A program made the translations under genes and the position numbers. DNA of 61,300 bases from an uncultured virus (IMG/VR IMGVR_UViG_3300020183_000017) (lineage: Duplodnaviria > Heunggongvirae > Uroviricota > Caudoviricetes), in IMG/VR virus record IMGVR_UViG_3300020183_000017. One strand, 5' to 3'. Each line of letters starts with the position of its first letter. Position 1 is the stretch's first letter. Below the pieces are notes generated by a model. It was not told where the DNA came from, did no database searches, and worked only from the letters and a program-made list of their open reading frames with translations. Below, piece by piece: positions 39,234 through 49,162 of the stretch.

Positions 39234-39619
39234 ATCCATTTGACTTTATAAATGCCGTTTCTTATACGAAGGAGGATCTGCTAAAGAAAGACACATTAGC
39301 AGCCAAGGACTACAAAAAGAGTGCCTTTATTATTAACAGGGGACTGTCCTACTTCATGGACACGGTAGCCTATGCCAATGTGATGAACCAACACTCACAA
39401 ATCCCACCAGAATGGCAATTTTCATTTTACCTAAATAGCATTGTAAAGAAGAAGCGTTTCTCCAAGTGGAACGAAAGGGAGAAGTTTGGGAAACACTTTT
39501 CTTTGGTAAAGGAGTATTTTAAGTACTCCGATGAAAAGGCGAAAGTTGCTATGAGCATACTAACGGATGATCAACTGAAAGAAATACAAGAAAAACTATA
39601 TAAAGGTGGAAAATCATGA
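39230..39619 (+). CDS. gp62: Clamp loader small subunit gp62
   Basis: 'PFDFINAVS', 'FIINRGLSYFMD', 'KKKRFSKW', 'YFKYSDEKA', C-terminal 'KGG'. Confidence 0.92.
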   Translation: MNPFDFINAVSYTKEDLLKKDTLAAKDYKKSAFIINRGLSYFMDTVAYANVMNQHSQIPPEWQFSFYLNSIVKKKRFSKWNEREKFGKHFSLVKEYFKYSDEKAKVAMSILTDDQLKEIQEKLYKGGKS

Positions 39620-40032
39620 GTGTTGAAATGGTTTATTACGATTGGACCCCAGAGTCCATGCTTGAAATCACCCTACCAGAGCCAGACAATTTCCTAAAAA
39701 TAAGAGAGACTTTAACTCGTATTGGTATTGCGTCGCGAAAAGAAAGAAAGCTCTACCAATCCTGCCATATTCTTCATAAGCAAGGCAGATACTTTATTGT
39801 TCACTTCAAAGAACTTTTTGCATTAGACGGCAAAGAATCCAACATTACATCCAATGACGTTGAAAGACGTAATACTATTGCACATCTTTTACAAGATTGG
39901 GGATTGCTGAAGATCTTGGCTCCATCCAAAGCGGATCCAAAAGCATCTCTATCACAGATTAAAGTTGTGACGCATAAAGAAAAAGATGATTGGGAATTAG
40001 TTCCTAAATATAATATCGGAAAAAAACGCTAA
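39616..40032 (+). CDS. regA: Translational repressor RegA
   Basis: 'PDNFLKIRETLTRIGIAS', 'LYQSCHILHKQGRYFIVHFKELF.LDG'. Confidence 0.98.
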   Translation: MSVEMVYYDWTPESMLEITLPEPDNFLKIRETLTRIGIASRKERKLYQSCHILHKQGRYFIVHFKELFALDGKESNITSNDVERRNTIAHLLQDWGLLKILAPSKADPKASLSQIKVVTHKEKDDWELVPKYNIGKKR

Positions 40033-40041
40033 ATAGATCTG

Positions 40042-40149
40042 ATCCCAATCGGGATGGGAACGTAGTTGGTCGGTAACTACGATAAAAGCCGACTATTTTA
40101 AACCCGCTATGCCTTCGGGGTAGCAATTTTATAACTCGCTGAAAAGGAG
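40042..40149 (+). promoter_or_regulatory. Structured 5' leader: hairpin, H-type pseudoknot, cUUCGg hairpin and ROSE-like SD-sequestering hairpin
   Basis: CGTAGTT/AACTACG stem whose loop GGTCGGT can pair with GCCGACT; GCTATGCC-TTCG-GGGTAGC; CTCGCT-GAAA-AGGAG with a bulged G opposite the SD. Confidence 0.65.
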
Positions 40150-40155
40150 AAAACC

Positions 40156-40377
40156 ATGATCTCAGCATACAATGCACTCGTAGACACCGTCCAAGGTGCA
40201 AAGACTCAGTTCATTAAGACTTTCGTCTCTAATGAAGAAGTCGCAAAACCCCTACAAACTTATATTGACGCACAGACTTCCTTCGCGAAGAGTGTTGGTC
40301 AAGAGACTTTCAACTTTCTAACGACAGTTGGACTTTCTCTAACCAAGTTCGACGCAAAGAAAGCATTTACGCAATAA
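40156..40377 (+). CDS. Small helical hypothetical protein (phasin-like by eye)
   Basis: Strong SD AGGAG; amphipathic 73 aa; first gene of the hsp20 unit. Confidence 0.6.
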   Translation: MISAYNALVDTVQGAKTQFIKTFVSNEEVAKPLQTYIDAQTSFAKSVGQETFNFLTTVGLSLTKFDAKKAFTQ

Positions 40378-40403
40378 TAACTCACAAGTAGGAGGAAAAT
40401 AAA

Positions 40404-40910
40404 ATGGTACATAAGTGGCTACCAGATACAATGTTACACCCACAATTTAAAGACTTTGATAAATTCTTTGTTGGGTTTGATGATCAGTTTAATCGTCTTG
40501 CAAAAATTCATGACGATCTAACTAAAAATGTTCCTAACTATCCACCATTCAACATCAAGAAAACTAATGAGAATAAGTATCTGATCGAAATGGCAGTTGC
40601 TGGTTTCTCTAAGCATGAACTTGAAATTGAATTTCTTGATGAGAAGTTAATCGTTAAAGGTAAGGCTAGTGAGGACAACTCCACAGCTGAGTGGTTGCAT
40701 AGAGGTATTGCCGCTCGCAATTTTACACATACCTTTGCTCTTAATGAGCAAGTAGAAATTCAGGGTGCTGAATTGATTAATGGTATGCTAAAGATTGTTC
40801 TTGAGCGTATTATCCCTGAGCATAAGAAAGCTCAGAAAATTGAAATTAGTGATAATGTTTCTAAGATTTCTAAGAAACAATTGCTTACTGAAGAAAAGCA
40901 AGCAGCTTGA
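40404..40910 (+). CDS. hsp20: Small heat-shock protein Hsp20 (IbpA-like)
   Basis: 'NYPPFNI', 'IEMAVAGF', 'LHRGIAARNF', 'A.L.NGML.I.L'. Confidence 0.95.
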   Translation: MVHKWLPDTMLHPQFKDFDKFFVGFDDQFNRLAKIHDDLTKNVPNYPPFNIKKTNENKYLIEMAVAGFSKHELEIEFLDEKLIVKGKASEDNSTAEWLHRGIAARNFTHTFALNEQVEIQGAELINGMLKIVLERIIPEHKKAQKIEISDNVSKISKKQLLTEEKQAA

Positions 40911-40927
40911 TTTTATAAAATAAGTTC

Positions 40928-40949
40928 GGTGGGGAGGAAACTCCTCACC
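40928..40949 (+). other. GAAA-tetraloop hairpin after hsp20 (probable terminator or stabiliser)
   Basis: GGTGGGGAG-GAAA-CTCCTCACC; no clear T-run on the + strand. Confidence 0.6.
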
Positions 40950-40969
40950 TCATCATACTAAATAAAAGT

Positions 40970-41182
40970 ATGATGAAATCAAGAATATACAAACATCTAA
41001 TATCTTATCAGCTTGTGCGAAGAACATCATGGCTGTTGAAGGTATCTGTATTCAATGACAAATTTGTCATGGTGGTAGCTCAGCATGTTTATGATGCTGA
41101 TAAAGTATTGATCCGTCAATTTGCAAATTATGTTGAAGCAAGTGAATGGGTCGAATGGTTAATTGCACAGGAGAATATATGA
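40970..41182 (+). CDS. Hypothetical protein
   Basis: 70 aa ORF filling the gap; a CTAAATA box ends 6 nt before the ATG; stop overlaps the next start. Confidence 0.55.
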   Translation: MMKSRIYKHLISYQLVRRTSWLLKVSVFNDKFVMVVAQHVYDADKVLIRQFANYVEASEWVEWLIAQENI

Positions 41183-41511
41183 CAGTAAGAACATTCAGAT
41201 TAATCAACGGCGATGTTTTAATTGCCAAAGAAGATGATACTGCTGGAAATACACCTGAATATATTTCAGTAGTAAACCCTGCTATTATCTTTCTAAAGAG
41301 TACAGCAGATGGTAAGACAGATGGTGTTATGGCACCATACATGCCGTTCGCTAAAGACGGAAGGGTGAAAGTTTATTGGCCAAGTATCGCAGCAGAATGC
41401 GAGCCAGCAGAAAAACTTATCAATGAGTATAGCAGATTGTTTGGAAGTGGTTTAGAAATTCTTACAAAAGAAGAAGCAGCCCAAATTCTAAGCGCAGCAA
41501 AAGTGCAATAA
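41179..41511 (+). CDS. Hypothetical protein (Sm-like-fold family)
   Basis: 'VRTFRLINGDVLIA', 'MAPYMPFA', 'INEYSRLFGSGL'; SD AGGAG. Confidence 0.7.
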   Translation: MTVRTFRLINGDVLIAKEDDTAGNTPEYISVVNPAIIFLKSTADGKTDGVMAPYMPFAKDGRVKVYWPSIAAECEPAEKLINEYSRLFGSGLEILTKEEAAQILSAAKVQ

Positions 41512-41517
41512 AAATAC

Positions 41518-41546
41518 TTGCCTTTCAATCATGCCTCAGGTATAAT
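41518..41546 (+). promoter_or_regulatory. Sigma70-type promoter (exonuclease-gp43)
   Basis: A-tract + TTGCCT-N17-TATAAT. Confidence 0.82.
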
Positions 41547-41580
41547 AATACTTGAGGCATTTTTACATTGGGATATAATT

Positions 41581-42135
41581 ATGTATATGTTTGACATTGA
41601 AACCTTAGACACCGAATCCACTGCTGTAGTTTTATCTGCTGCAATTTTATATTTCGAACAGGGTGATGATTATGAGTCATTACTCAGCAAAACACTTTTC
41701 GTTAAACTAGATAGTAGAATTCAGATACAAGAATATAATAGAACAGTATCTAAAAGTACACTAGACTTTTGGAAAACTATGCACCCAGCAATACGTGCCA
41801 AGAGTTTTGAACCTACCGATAATGACCTTCACCCGAAGCAAGCAATTGAAATGATCAATGAGTATATTGCTAAACATGGCGATGCATTAATCTGGGCACG
41901 TGGTTCCCTTGATCAAATGGTTATTGACAGTCTTTCTTTGAAACTTGGTATGGATCGCATTATGCCGTATAATAATTGGCGTGATGTTAGAACAGCAGTT
42001 GACTGTCTATGTTCTACTGCTAAGAATGGATATTGCGAAGTTGACCATCCAACATTCAAGCGTCACAATGTTATTAAACACAACCCCATTCATGATTGCG
42101 CATATGACGCAATGATGCTAATGTATGGAGTATAA
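41581..42135 (+). CDS. DEDDh 3'-5' exonuclease (DexA/Rv2179c-like)
   Basis: 'MFDIETL', 'IWARGSLD', 'RDVRT', 'HNPIHDCAYD'. Confidence 0.85.
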   Translation: MYMFDIETLDTESTAVVLSAAILYFEQGDDYESLLSKTLFVKLDSRIQIQEYNRTVSKSTLDFWKTMHPAIRAKSFEPTDNDLHPKQAIEMINEYIAKHGDALIWARGSLDQMVIDSLSLKLGMDRIMPYNNWRDVRTAVDCLCSTAKNGYCEVDHPTFKRHNVIKHNPIHDCAYDAMMLMYGV

Positions 42136-44632
42136 TTTGGATTTCTATACAAACGTATATCTACAAGGCAACAATCTTCTTGTTAGAGGATATGATGCCA
42201 ACAAACCCGTCTCATTTAAAGTTGACTTTCAGCCAACAGTATATGTTATTTCTTCAAAGGGTCATCCTGGTTCTCCGATGACAACTCTTGATGGGACTTC
42301 GGTCTATCCGATGAATCCTGGAAGCATACGAGATTGTCGTGAATTTATTGATCAATATAAAGATATTGAAGGATTTCCTATCTACGGAAATACGAACTAT
42401 GTTGCGCAATATATCAGCGACACTCACAAAGGTGAAGTCAAATGGGATCGTGAACTAATTAAGATCTACTCTATTGACATTGAAACTAAGACAGAAGATG
42501 GCTTTCCTGATATGGAAACTGCTAATGAAGAACTTCTTCTTATCACTGTTCAAGATAACAACACAAAAGAAATTACTACCTTCGGCACAAATCCTGCTAT
42601 TGGTTTAGATCATAACATAAAATATATTCAGTGTAAGAGTGAGGAACATCTTCTAAGAGAGTTCCTTGCTTTTTGGCGTTTGAGTCCACCTGATGTTATC
42701 ACTGGTTGGAACATTGAGTTTTTTGACGTTCCTTATTTGATTCGTAGAATTATCAATGTGCTTGGTGAGAATCAGGCGAAGAAGATATCTCCTTGGGGTA
42801 TAATCCACGAGAAACGAATTGTCGTCAAAGGTGTTGAAGAAATTAGTTATGACATTGCTGGTATTAGTTCACTTGACTATCTAGATCTATATCGTAAATA
42901 CACTTACTCTGCTCAAGAATCTTATAAGTTAGATCATATCGCATACATTGAACTTGGTGAGAAAAAGAAAGAAAATCCTGGAGATTCTTTTAAGGACTTC
43001 TATACTAATTACTGGGATAGTTTTGTTGTATATAACATCAATGACGTAAGACTTGTTGATAAACTTGAAGACAAGATGCGACTGATTGAACTTCAGTTGA
43101 CTATGGCATATAACGCAAAGATTAACTACGTTGATGTGTTTAGTCAAGTTCGTATGTGGGATGCTATTATCTATAATCACCTTAGAGATAAGGGTGTAGT
43201 GATTCCACCAAATGCTGGTAATAGAAAAGACTCTGCGTTTGAGGGCGCGTATGTCAAAGATCCTCTTGTTGGTTTGCACAAGTGGGTTGTTTCTTTTGAC
43301 TTAAACTCACTATATCCTCACCTCATTATGCAGTATAATATCTCACCAGAGACTTTGCGTTCTGGTCGAATTCATACTAGCGTTGATCAGTTACTTGCTG
43401 GTAAAGTTGACACCAAACTGTTGCAGACTTGCGATCTAACGATGACTGCTAATGGTGTTTGCTACGATAAAAGTAAACAAGGATTTATGCCAGCATTGAT
43501 GGAAGAGATGTACATTAATCGTAGTAAGTTTAAGAAACAGATGTTAAAGATTCAGCAAGAGTATGAACAAACTAAAAACAAATCTTTGGTGAAAGAAATC
43601 TCTCGTCTGAACAATCTTCAGATGGCTATGAAGATTGCTTTAAACTCAGCTTATGGTGCGATGGGTAACCAATATTTTAGATACTTCGATATTCGCATGG
43701 CTGAAGGTATTACGACTTCTGGTCAGTTGTCTATTCGCTGGATTCATGATAAGATGAATGCGTTTATGAACAAAGTTCTAAAAACCGAAGGCAAAGATTA
43801 TATCATTGCAGTTGACACTGATTCAATCTATGTTACCTTTGAAGACCTAGTTGATAAGTATTATCCTGGAAACTCAACAGATAAAACCATAAAATTCATG
43901 GATCGTTTCTGTGAAGACAAGGTTCAACCATATATCGACAATTGTTACAACGAATTGGCGCAAATGATGAATACCTATTCTCAAAAGATGCAGATGAAGC
44001 GTGAAGTTCTTGCTGACAAGGGTATTTGGACTGCAAAGAAACGCTACATATTGAACGTGCATAACTCTGAGGGTGTTCAATATGCAGAGCCAAAGATTAA
44101 AGTTATGGGTCTTGAGATGGTCAAGTCTTCAACTCCAGCAGTCATTCGTGATAAACTAAAAGACTCTATCAAAGTTATTCTTGCTGGCGATGAAACTATG
44201 CTACATAAGTATGTTATGCAGTTCAGAGAAGAATTTAATAAGATGAGTGTTGAAGAGATTGCTTTCCCACGTGGTGTGAATGGAATTAAAACTTATGCAG
44301 GAACAAGCAGCGTTTATGCTAAGTCAACTCCGATTCATGTTCGTGGTGCTCTACTATACAATCACCAAATTAAAGAAAAGAAACTTACACACATACACCA
44401 ACTAATCAAAGACGGAGAGAAAATTAAGTTTGTTTATTTGAAGAAACCAAATCCTATTAATGAAGATGTGATTTCTTTCTTAGGAACTCTACCTCGTGCT
44501 CTAAATTTACATAAGTATATTGATTACGATAAACAGTTTGAGAAAGTTTTTCTTGATGCTCTGTCTAACGTAATAGAACCATTGGGTTGGCATGTTGAAG
44601 AACAAGTTACCCTAGAGTCATTTTTCGGATAG
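42125..44632 (+). CDS. gp43: Family B DNA polymerase gp43
   Basis: ExoI 'SIDIET', 'FDLNSLYPH', 'KIALNSAYG', 'DTDS'; C-terminal 'TLESFFG'. True start may be the TTG at 42137. Confidence 0.98.
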   Translation: MEYNLDFYTNVYLQGNNLLVRGYDANKPVSFKVDFQPTVYVISSKGHPGSPMTTLDGTSVYPMNPGSIRDCREFIDQYKDIEGFPIYGNTNYVAQYISDTHKGEVKWDRELIKIYSIDIETKTEDGFPDMETANEELLLITVQDNNTKEITTFGTNPAIGLDHNIKYIQCKSEEHLLREFLAFWRLSPPDVITGWNIEFFDVPYLIRRIINVLGENQAKKISPWGIIHEKRIVVKGVEEISYDIAGISSLDYLDLYRKYTYSAQESYKLDHIAYIELGEKKKENPGDSFKDFYTNYWDSFVVYNINDVRLVDKLEDKMRLIELQLTMAYNAKINYVDVFSQVRMWDAIIYNHLRDKGVVIPPNAGNRKDSAFEGAYVKDPLVGLHKWVVSFDLNSLYPHLIMQYNISPETLRSGRIHTSVDQLLAGKVDTKLLQTCDLTMTANGVCYDKSKQGFMPALMEEMYINRSKFKKQMLKIQQEYEQTKNKSLVKEISRLNNLQMAMKIALNSAYGAMGNQYFRYFDIRMAEGITTSGQLSIRWIHDKMNAFMNKVLKTEGKDYIIAVDTDSIYVTFEDLVDKYYPGNSTDKTIKFMDRFCEDKVQPYIDNCYNELAQMMNTYSQKMQMKREVLADKGIWTAKKRYILNVHNSEGVQYAEPKIKVMGLEMVKSSTPAVIRDKLKDSIKVILAGDETMLHKYVMQFREEFNKMSVEEIAFPRGVNGIKTYAGTSSVYAKSTPIHVRGALLYNHQIKEKKLTHIHQLIKDGEKIKFVYLKKPNPINEDVISFLGTLPRALNLHKYIDYDKQFEKVFLDALSNVIEPLGWHVEEQVTLESFFG

Positions 44633-44640
44633 GAGAATCT

Positions 44641-45069
44641 ATGAATCGTTTTTATACCGCAGTCGGATTTCTGTTTTTGGTATTAACACTACCAGCTAAA
44701 GCAAACCCATATGATTATAAAGTAACTCGTGTTCTTGACGGTGATACCGTTGAGTTTGAAGCAAAGTTTATGCCACCACCACTGAAGCCTACACTGGTTA
44801 TTCGTGTTCTTGGTGTTGACACACCAGAAAAGGGTGGTCGTGCTCAATGCGAGAAAGAAGCAAAGATGGGTGCAATGGCAACTGCTTTTACAAAGAAGCA
44901 AATTGCAGAAGCAAAGAAAATTCAAATTGAATTAAAAGAACATGATAAGTTTGGTGGTAGAGTTCTTGGTGATGTAATCTTGGATGGTAAGCGTCTTTCA
45001 GAATTGCTAATTGCTGCTGGTCTTGCAAGACCGTATTTTGGAGAGAAGAAATCATCTTGGTGCGATTGA
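44641..45069 (+). CDS. Thermonuclease (SNase family) with a predicted signal peptide
   Basis: 'RVLDGDTV', 'IRVLGVDTPE', 'DKFGGRVLG'; N-terminus 'MNRFYTAVGFLFLVLTLPAKA'. Confidence 0.88.
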   Translation: MNRFYTAVGFLFLVLTLPAKANPYDYKVTRVLDGDTVEFEAKFMPPPLKPTLVIRVLGVDTPEKGGRAQCEKEAKMGAMATAFTKKQIAEAKKIQIELKEHDKFGGRVLGDVILDGKRLSELLIAAGLARPYFGEKKSSWCD

Positions 45070-45094
45070 CTTTTCATAGAGCCAGTAGTATAAT
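45066..45094 (+). promoter_or_regulatory. Sigma70-type promoter (uvsX-gp41-modification genes)
   Basis: TTGACT-N17-TATAAT. Confidence 0.8.
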
Positions 45095-45114
45095 TAAATT
45101 ATTTGGAGGATATT

Positions 45115-46173
45115 ATGAGTTTTTTAAAATCTATTGTCAAGGAATTAGATAATGAATATGCGGGTATTGCTGACGATGGTGTTGTTGGTGACACTGCTGG
45201 CTTTATCGATACTGGTAGTTATGCCTTTAATGCATTGCTTTCAGGGTCAATACATGGTGGTTTGCCATCTAACAAAGTAACAGCACTTGCTGGTGAGTCT
45301 TCAACAGGTAAGACATTTTATGCTTTAGGAATCTGTAAACATTTTCTGAATGGCAACCCAAATGCAGGTGTTGTTTACTTTGAAACTGAAGGCGCATTAA
45401 CAAAAGATATGTTGACTGAGCGAGGAATTGATACTCGTCGATTTGTCATTGTTCCTGTTTCAACTGTTCAAGAATTTAGAACCCAAGCTACTAAGATTCT
45501 TGATGCGTATGACAAAGAAAAGAAAGATAGTCGCCCACCTCTGTTAATGTGTCTTGATTCACTTGGTATGCTTTCAACCACTAAAGAGATGGAAGATATT
45601 GCTGAGGGTAAAGAAACTCGTGATATGACACGTGCTCAATTGGTTCGTGGTGCGTTCCGTGTTCTTTCTTTAAAGCTGGCGAAATTAGATATCGCAATGA
45701 TTGTTACTAACCATACTTACGCTGTCGTCGGTGCATATGTTCCAACAAAGACAATGGGCGGTGGTGATGGTCTGAAATATGCAGCATCCACTATCGTGTT
45801 CCTGTCTAAATCAAAAGATAAGGATGGCACTGAGGTGATTGGTAACATTATTAAATGCAAATTAGAGAAGTCTAGATTTACCAAAGAACAATCTATGGTT
45901 GAAACTAAACTATCATTTTCTACAGGTCTAGATCGTTATCATGGGCTACTTGATCTTGCTGTTGAAGCAGGTATCTGGAAGTCACAAGGTGGTCGTATTG
46001 AATTAGAAGATGGTAAAAAGTTATTTGGTAAAAACATTAATGAAAATCCTACTACATATTTCACTGAAGATATTATGAAACGCATTGATGCTTACTGCGC
46101 AACAAAATATAAATTTGGTTCAGATGTTGTTGTAGAAGATGAGGAACTTGAAGATGAATCAGCCAACGTGTGA
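45115..46173 (+). CDS. uvsX: RecA-like recombinase UvsX
   Basis: 'AGESSTGKT', '[11 protein letters not shown]', 'DMTRAQ', 'TNHTY', '[11 protein letters not shown]'. Confidence 0.96.
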   Translation: MSFLKSIVKELDNEYAGIADDGVVGDTAGFIDTGSYAFNALLSGSIHGGLPSNKVTALAGESSTGKTFYALGICKHFLNGNPNAGVVYFETEGALTKDMLTERGIDTRRFVIVPVSTVQEFRTQATKILDAYDKEKKDSRPPLLMCLDSLGMLSTTKEMEDIAEGKETRDMTRAQLVRGAFRVLSLKLAKLDIAMIVTNHTYAVVGAYVPTKTMGGGDGLKYAASTIVFLSKSKDKDGTEVIGNIIKCKLEKSRFTKEQSMVETKLSFSTGLDRYHGLLDLAVEAGIWKSQGGRIELEDGKKLFGKNINENPTTYFTEDIMKRIDAYCATKYKFGSDVVVEDEELEDESANV

Positions 46174-46447
46174 GAATTATGAAGTTTTACCAGAGGTTAA
46201 TGATGAGGGTTTTTACAAAGTAAAGATCTTGTCTGGCGACTTTACTGGTTGCGTTTTTAATTTTGGTAAGGTAGCATTCCCTAATGAGGAAGAAGCAGTT
46301 ATGTCTTTTGAATATAACTTGCTTGAAGGTAAAGCTGATGATAAAGCAAAGTTTGAAAATACTATCGGCGATATCCTCGTTGCTCTTATTGTGAAAGCAA
46401 TAGAAAATAAAGATCTAATCTTCAAAGGTGGAACTGATGAGAATTGA
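46154..46447 (+). CDS. Small protein between uvsX and gp41 (gp40-like position)
   Basis: Synteny with T4 uvsX-40-41; '[18 protein letters not shown]' pattern. Confidence 0.6.
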   Translation: MNQPTCENYEVLPEVNDEGFYKVKILSGDFTGCVFNFGKVAFPNEEEAVMSFEYNLLEGKADDKAKFENTIGDILVALIVKAIENKDLIFKGGTDEN

Positions 46448-47825
46448 GCAGTCGATTATTAGTAATTTGATTTTTGATGAAGAGTACTGCAGAAAAGTTA
46501 TACCGTTCCTAAAAGAACAATACTTCACAGAGAAGAAAGAAAGAATAATTATTTTAACGATCATACAGTTCTTCTCTAAATTCAATAAACCACTTACTAA
46601 AGAAATCCTTGGCATTGAAGTTTCTAACAGAACTGATGTCAACGATAAAGAACATACAGAACTACAATCAACAATTACTGAAATCTCTCAGAATGAGATT
46701 AACAAAGATTGGTTGATTGAACACACTGAGAAGTTTTGTAAAGATAGAGCAGTCTATCTTGCAATTATGGATTCTATTAAAATCATTGAGGGACGAGATG
46801 TCGCCCATACTAAAGATGCTATACCTTCTATTTTATCTGATGCTCTTGCCGTTTCATTTGATAATCATATCGGTCATGATTATATTGAGAATTCAGATGA
46901 ACGCTATGATTTTTATCATAGGGTTGAAGAGAAAATACCTTTCGATATTGAACTTCTCAACAAGATCACTAAAGGAGGTATTTCTAAGAAAACCTTGAAC
47001 GTGATTCTTGCTGGTACTGGTGTTGGTAAATCATTGTTTATGTGTCATGTTGCTGCTGGCGCTTTGGTTCAGAATTTAAATGTATTATACATAACTCTAG
47101 AGATGGCTGAAGAGCGTATCGCTGAGAGGATTGATTGTAATTTACTGAATCTTACTATGGATGAATTGAAGACTATCGACAGAGATATCTACACTAACCG
47201 AGTAAACAAGGTAGCAAACAAAACTCAGGGTAAACTAATCATTAAAGAATATCCTACGGCAACTGCGCACTCTGGTCACTTCCGTGCTTTGCTTGAAGAA
47301 CTAAAGATGAAGAAAGAGTTTGTTCCAGATTTGGTAGTCATTGACTATCTGAATATCTGTTCTTCTCAGAGACTTCGTCATGGGTCAAATGTTAATTCAT
47401 ATACATATATTAAGAGCATCGCAGAAGAAGTTCGAGGATTGGCAGTTGAATACAATGTTCCTATTCTGAGCGCAACTCAGACAACTCGTTCAGGGTTTAC
47501 TAACAGCGATCCAGGTTTGGAAGATACTTCTGAATCGTTTGGTTTGCCAGCAACAGTTGATTTTATGTGCGCTTTGGTTAGTACTGAAGAAATGGAACAG
47601 TTAAATCAGATTATGGTCAAACAACTCAAGAATCGTTACAGTGATCCAAATTATTACAAACGATTTATTGTTGGAGTTGACAGATCTAAGATGAAATTAT
47701 ATAATGTCGAAATGTCAGCGCAGAATGATATCGCTGACGTAGGTGATGTTGATGATACGCCATTATTCGACAAAAGTAAGTTTAGTAAACGAAACTCTAT
47801 AGATAGCTCTGGGTTTAAATTTTAA
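46437..47825 (+). CDS. gp41: Replicative helicase gp41
   Basis: 'LAGTGVGKSLFMCH', 'ITLEMAEERIAERID', 'IDYLNIC', 'SATQTTR', 'TSESFGLPAT'. Confidence 0.97.
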   Translation: MRIEQSIISNLIFDEEYCRKVIPFLKEQYFTEKKERIIILTIIQFFSKFNKPLTKEILGIEVSNRTDVNDKEHTELQSTITEISQNEINKDWLIEHTEKFCKDRAVYLAIMDSIKIIEGRDVAHTKDAIPSILSDALAVSFDNHIGHDYIENSDERYDFYHRVEEKIPFDIELLNKITKGGISKKTLNVILAGTGVGKSLFMCHVAAGALVQNLNVLYITLEMAEERIAERIDCNLLNLTMDELKTIDRDIYTNRVNKVANKTQGKLIIKEYPTATAHSGHFRALLEELKMKKEFVPDLVVIDYLNICSSQRLRHGSNVNSYTYIKSIAEEVRGLAVEYNVPILSATQTTRSGFTNSDPGLEDTSESFGLPATVDFMCALVSTEEMEQLNQIMVKQLKNRYSDPNYYKRFIVGVDRSKMKLYNVEMSAQNDIADVGDVDDTPLFDKSKFSKRNSIDSSGFKF

Positions 47826-47836
47826 CGGAGAATATA

Positions 47837-49162
47837 ATGGTAAAAGTATACGTAGCGCCAAAATATCACGAAAGCGAACATTTGCTTGGAATGTTTGTTG
47901 ATGAACAACAGTATGATGTTCTTGTTGAGGAAGATATGGATTGTTATCTTCCGCTGGGAACTAATATCGGTAATGATAAACTTGATGAGAAACGAATTGC
48001 ATTTAAGTTTAGAAAGAACTTCTTCACTAAAGAAGAACAACAAGCTGCATATGTTGGGCTTCGTGAAGCAGCTATCAGAACTGAGAATCGTGGACTTGCT
48101 TCTGGTATTAAAGCAGGAACTCAGGTTACTGGGGTTGGTCGTGAGTGGGTTACTAACTACCAAGAAGAAATGCTAAATGGTATTATCGACGCACGTAATG
48201 CAGCTATTGTTGATGAAGATGTCATCGAAACAATCAGATCCAAATATCCAACAGAAGAATCTAGACTGAAGGCTCTTGGTTCTGGTAAGAATAATGTTTG
48301 GGTCATCTCCCGTTTCCGTGGTAAGTTTAACTTTGATGAGTGGGTTGATTCTATCAAAACATTGGGTCGAGAAGAGCGAGCAAAATCAGCAGAAGAAACT
48401 ATGAAGATGGTTTCAGAAACTTCTTATGGTAATCCAGTTGACTCGGGTATTGCTGGTTGGTTCGATCGCTATCCACGTATTCCTTATGGTCGTGCAACAA
48501 CATACACAAGAGATAATTGGGATAAGTTTAAGATGGCATTTCCATTCTTACAATCTTTGAATCGTGGTTTCAAAGAACTTCTTCCATGGCGTTGGTCTAA
48601 TCAGAAAGCAGCAGCTGATAAGATTGATCAAAGTTTCTTAGTTCCTGAAACTGTGTTCACTACAATTACCGTGAATAAAACATTTAGAACTGCTGCCCAT
48701 CGCGACGCAGGTGACCTTGACTCAGGTCTTTCAAACCTTCTAGTTCTTTCCAATGATGGTCGTTTCACTGGAGGATATTTGGTGTTCCCTGAGATTCGTG
48801 TTGCTGTTAATGTGCGACCAGGAGATCTTCTATTAGTTAATAACCATGAAGTGATTCATGGCAATACTCCAATTGTTTGTGAGGAAGGTTCTGAGCGTAT
48901 TAGTCTAGTTTGTTACTTCCGCGAAAAGATGCTTGAACTTGGAAGTAAAGAATATGAAGATACACGTTATCAATTCGTTGAAGATCGCAGAACTAACCAA
49001 GAGCATCCAGAGTGGCGTAAGCTATGGAATGGTGTTTCTCCAAGTATGTGGGATAATCAAGAATGGTATGATTATCTTGAAGAGAAACTTGGTTATGATG
49101 AGTTAATTAAGTATCATCCTAAAGCAGAGAAAGCAAATTCTTTAGAAGGATTCTTTTCATAA
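47837..49162 (+). CDS. TET/JBP-family 2-oxoglutarate/Fe(II) dioxygenase (predicted methylpyrimidine hydroxylase)
   Basis: 'FTTITVNKTFRTAAHRDAGD' (HxD), 'GGYLVFPE', 'PGDLLL', 'IHGNTPI' (distal H), 'ERISLVCYFRE' (2OG-binding R). Confidence 0.88.
   Translation: MVKVYVAPKYHESEHLLGMFVDEQQYDVLVEEDMDCYLPLGTNIGNDKLDEKRIAFKFRKNFFTKEEQQAAYVGLREAAIRTENRGLASGIKAGTQVTGVGREWVTNYQEEMLNGIIDARNAAIVDEDVIETIRSKYPTEESRLKALGSGKNNVWVISRFRGKFNFDEWVDSIKTLGREERAKSAEETMKMVSETSYGNPVDSGIAGWFDRYPRIPYGRATTYTRDNWDKFKMAFPFLQSLNRGFKELLPWRWSNQKAAADKIDQSFLVPETVFTTITVNKTFRTAAHRDAGDLDSGLSNLLVLSNDGRFTGGYLVFPEIRVAVNVRPGDLLLVNNHEVIHGNTPIVCEEGSERISLVCYFREKMLELGSKEYEDTRYQFVEDRRTNQEHPEWRKLWNGVSPSMWDNQEWYDYLEEKLGYDELIKYHPKAEKANSLEGFFS

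Noticed and set aside
14953..47825. Introns or inteins in gp17, gp20, gp23, gp43 or gp41, or stop-codon reassignment
   Set aside because: All are continuous, of normal length, and tile the strand under the standard code.
47837..49162. Ordinary cyanophage-type prolyl-hydroxylase-like 2OG-Fe(II) oxygenase
   Set aside because: The length, the 'TITVN...HRD..D' and 'HGNTP...RISLVCY.RE' motifs, and the neighbouring kinase/transferase genes fit TET/JBP better.
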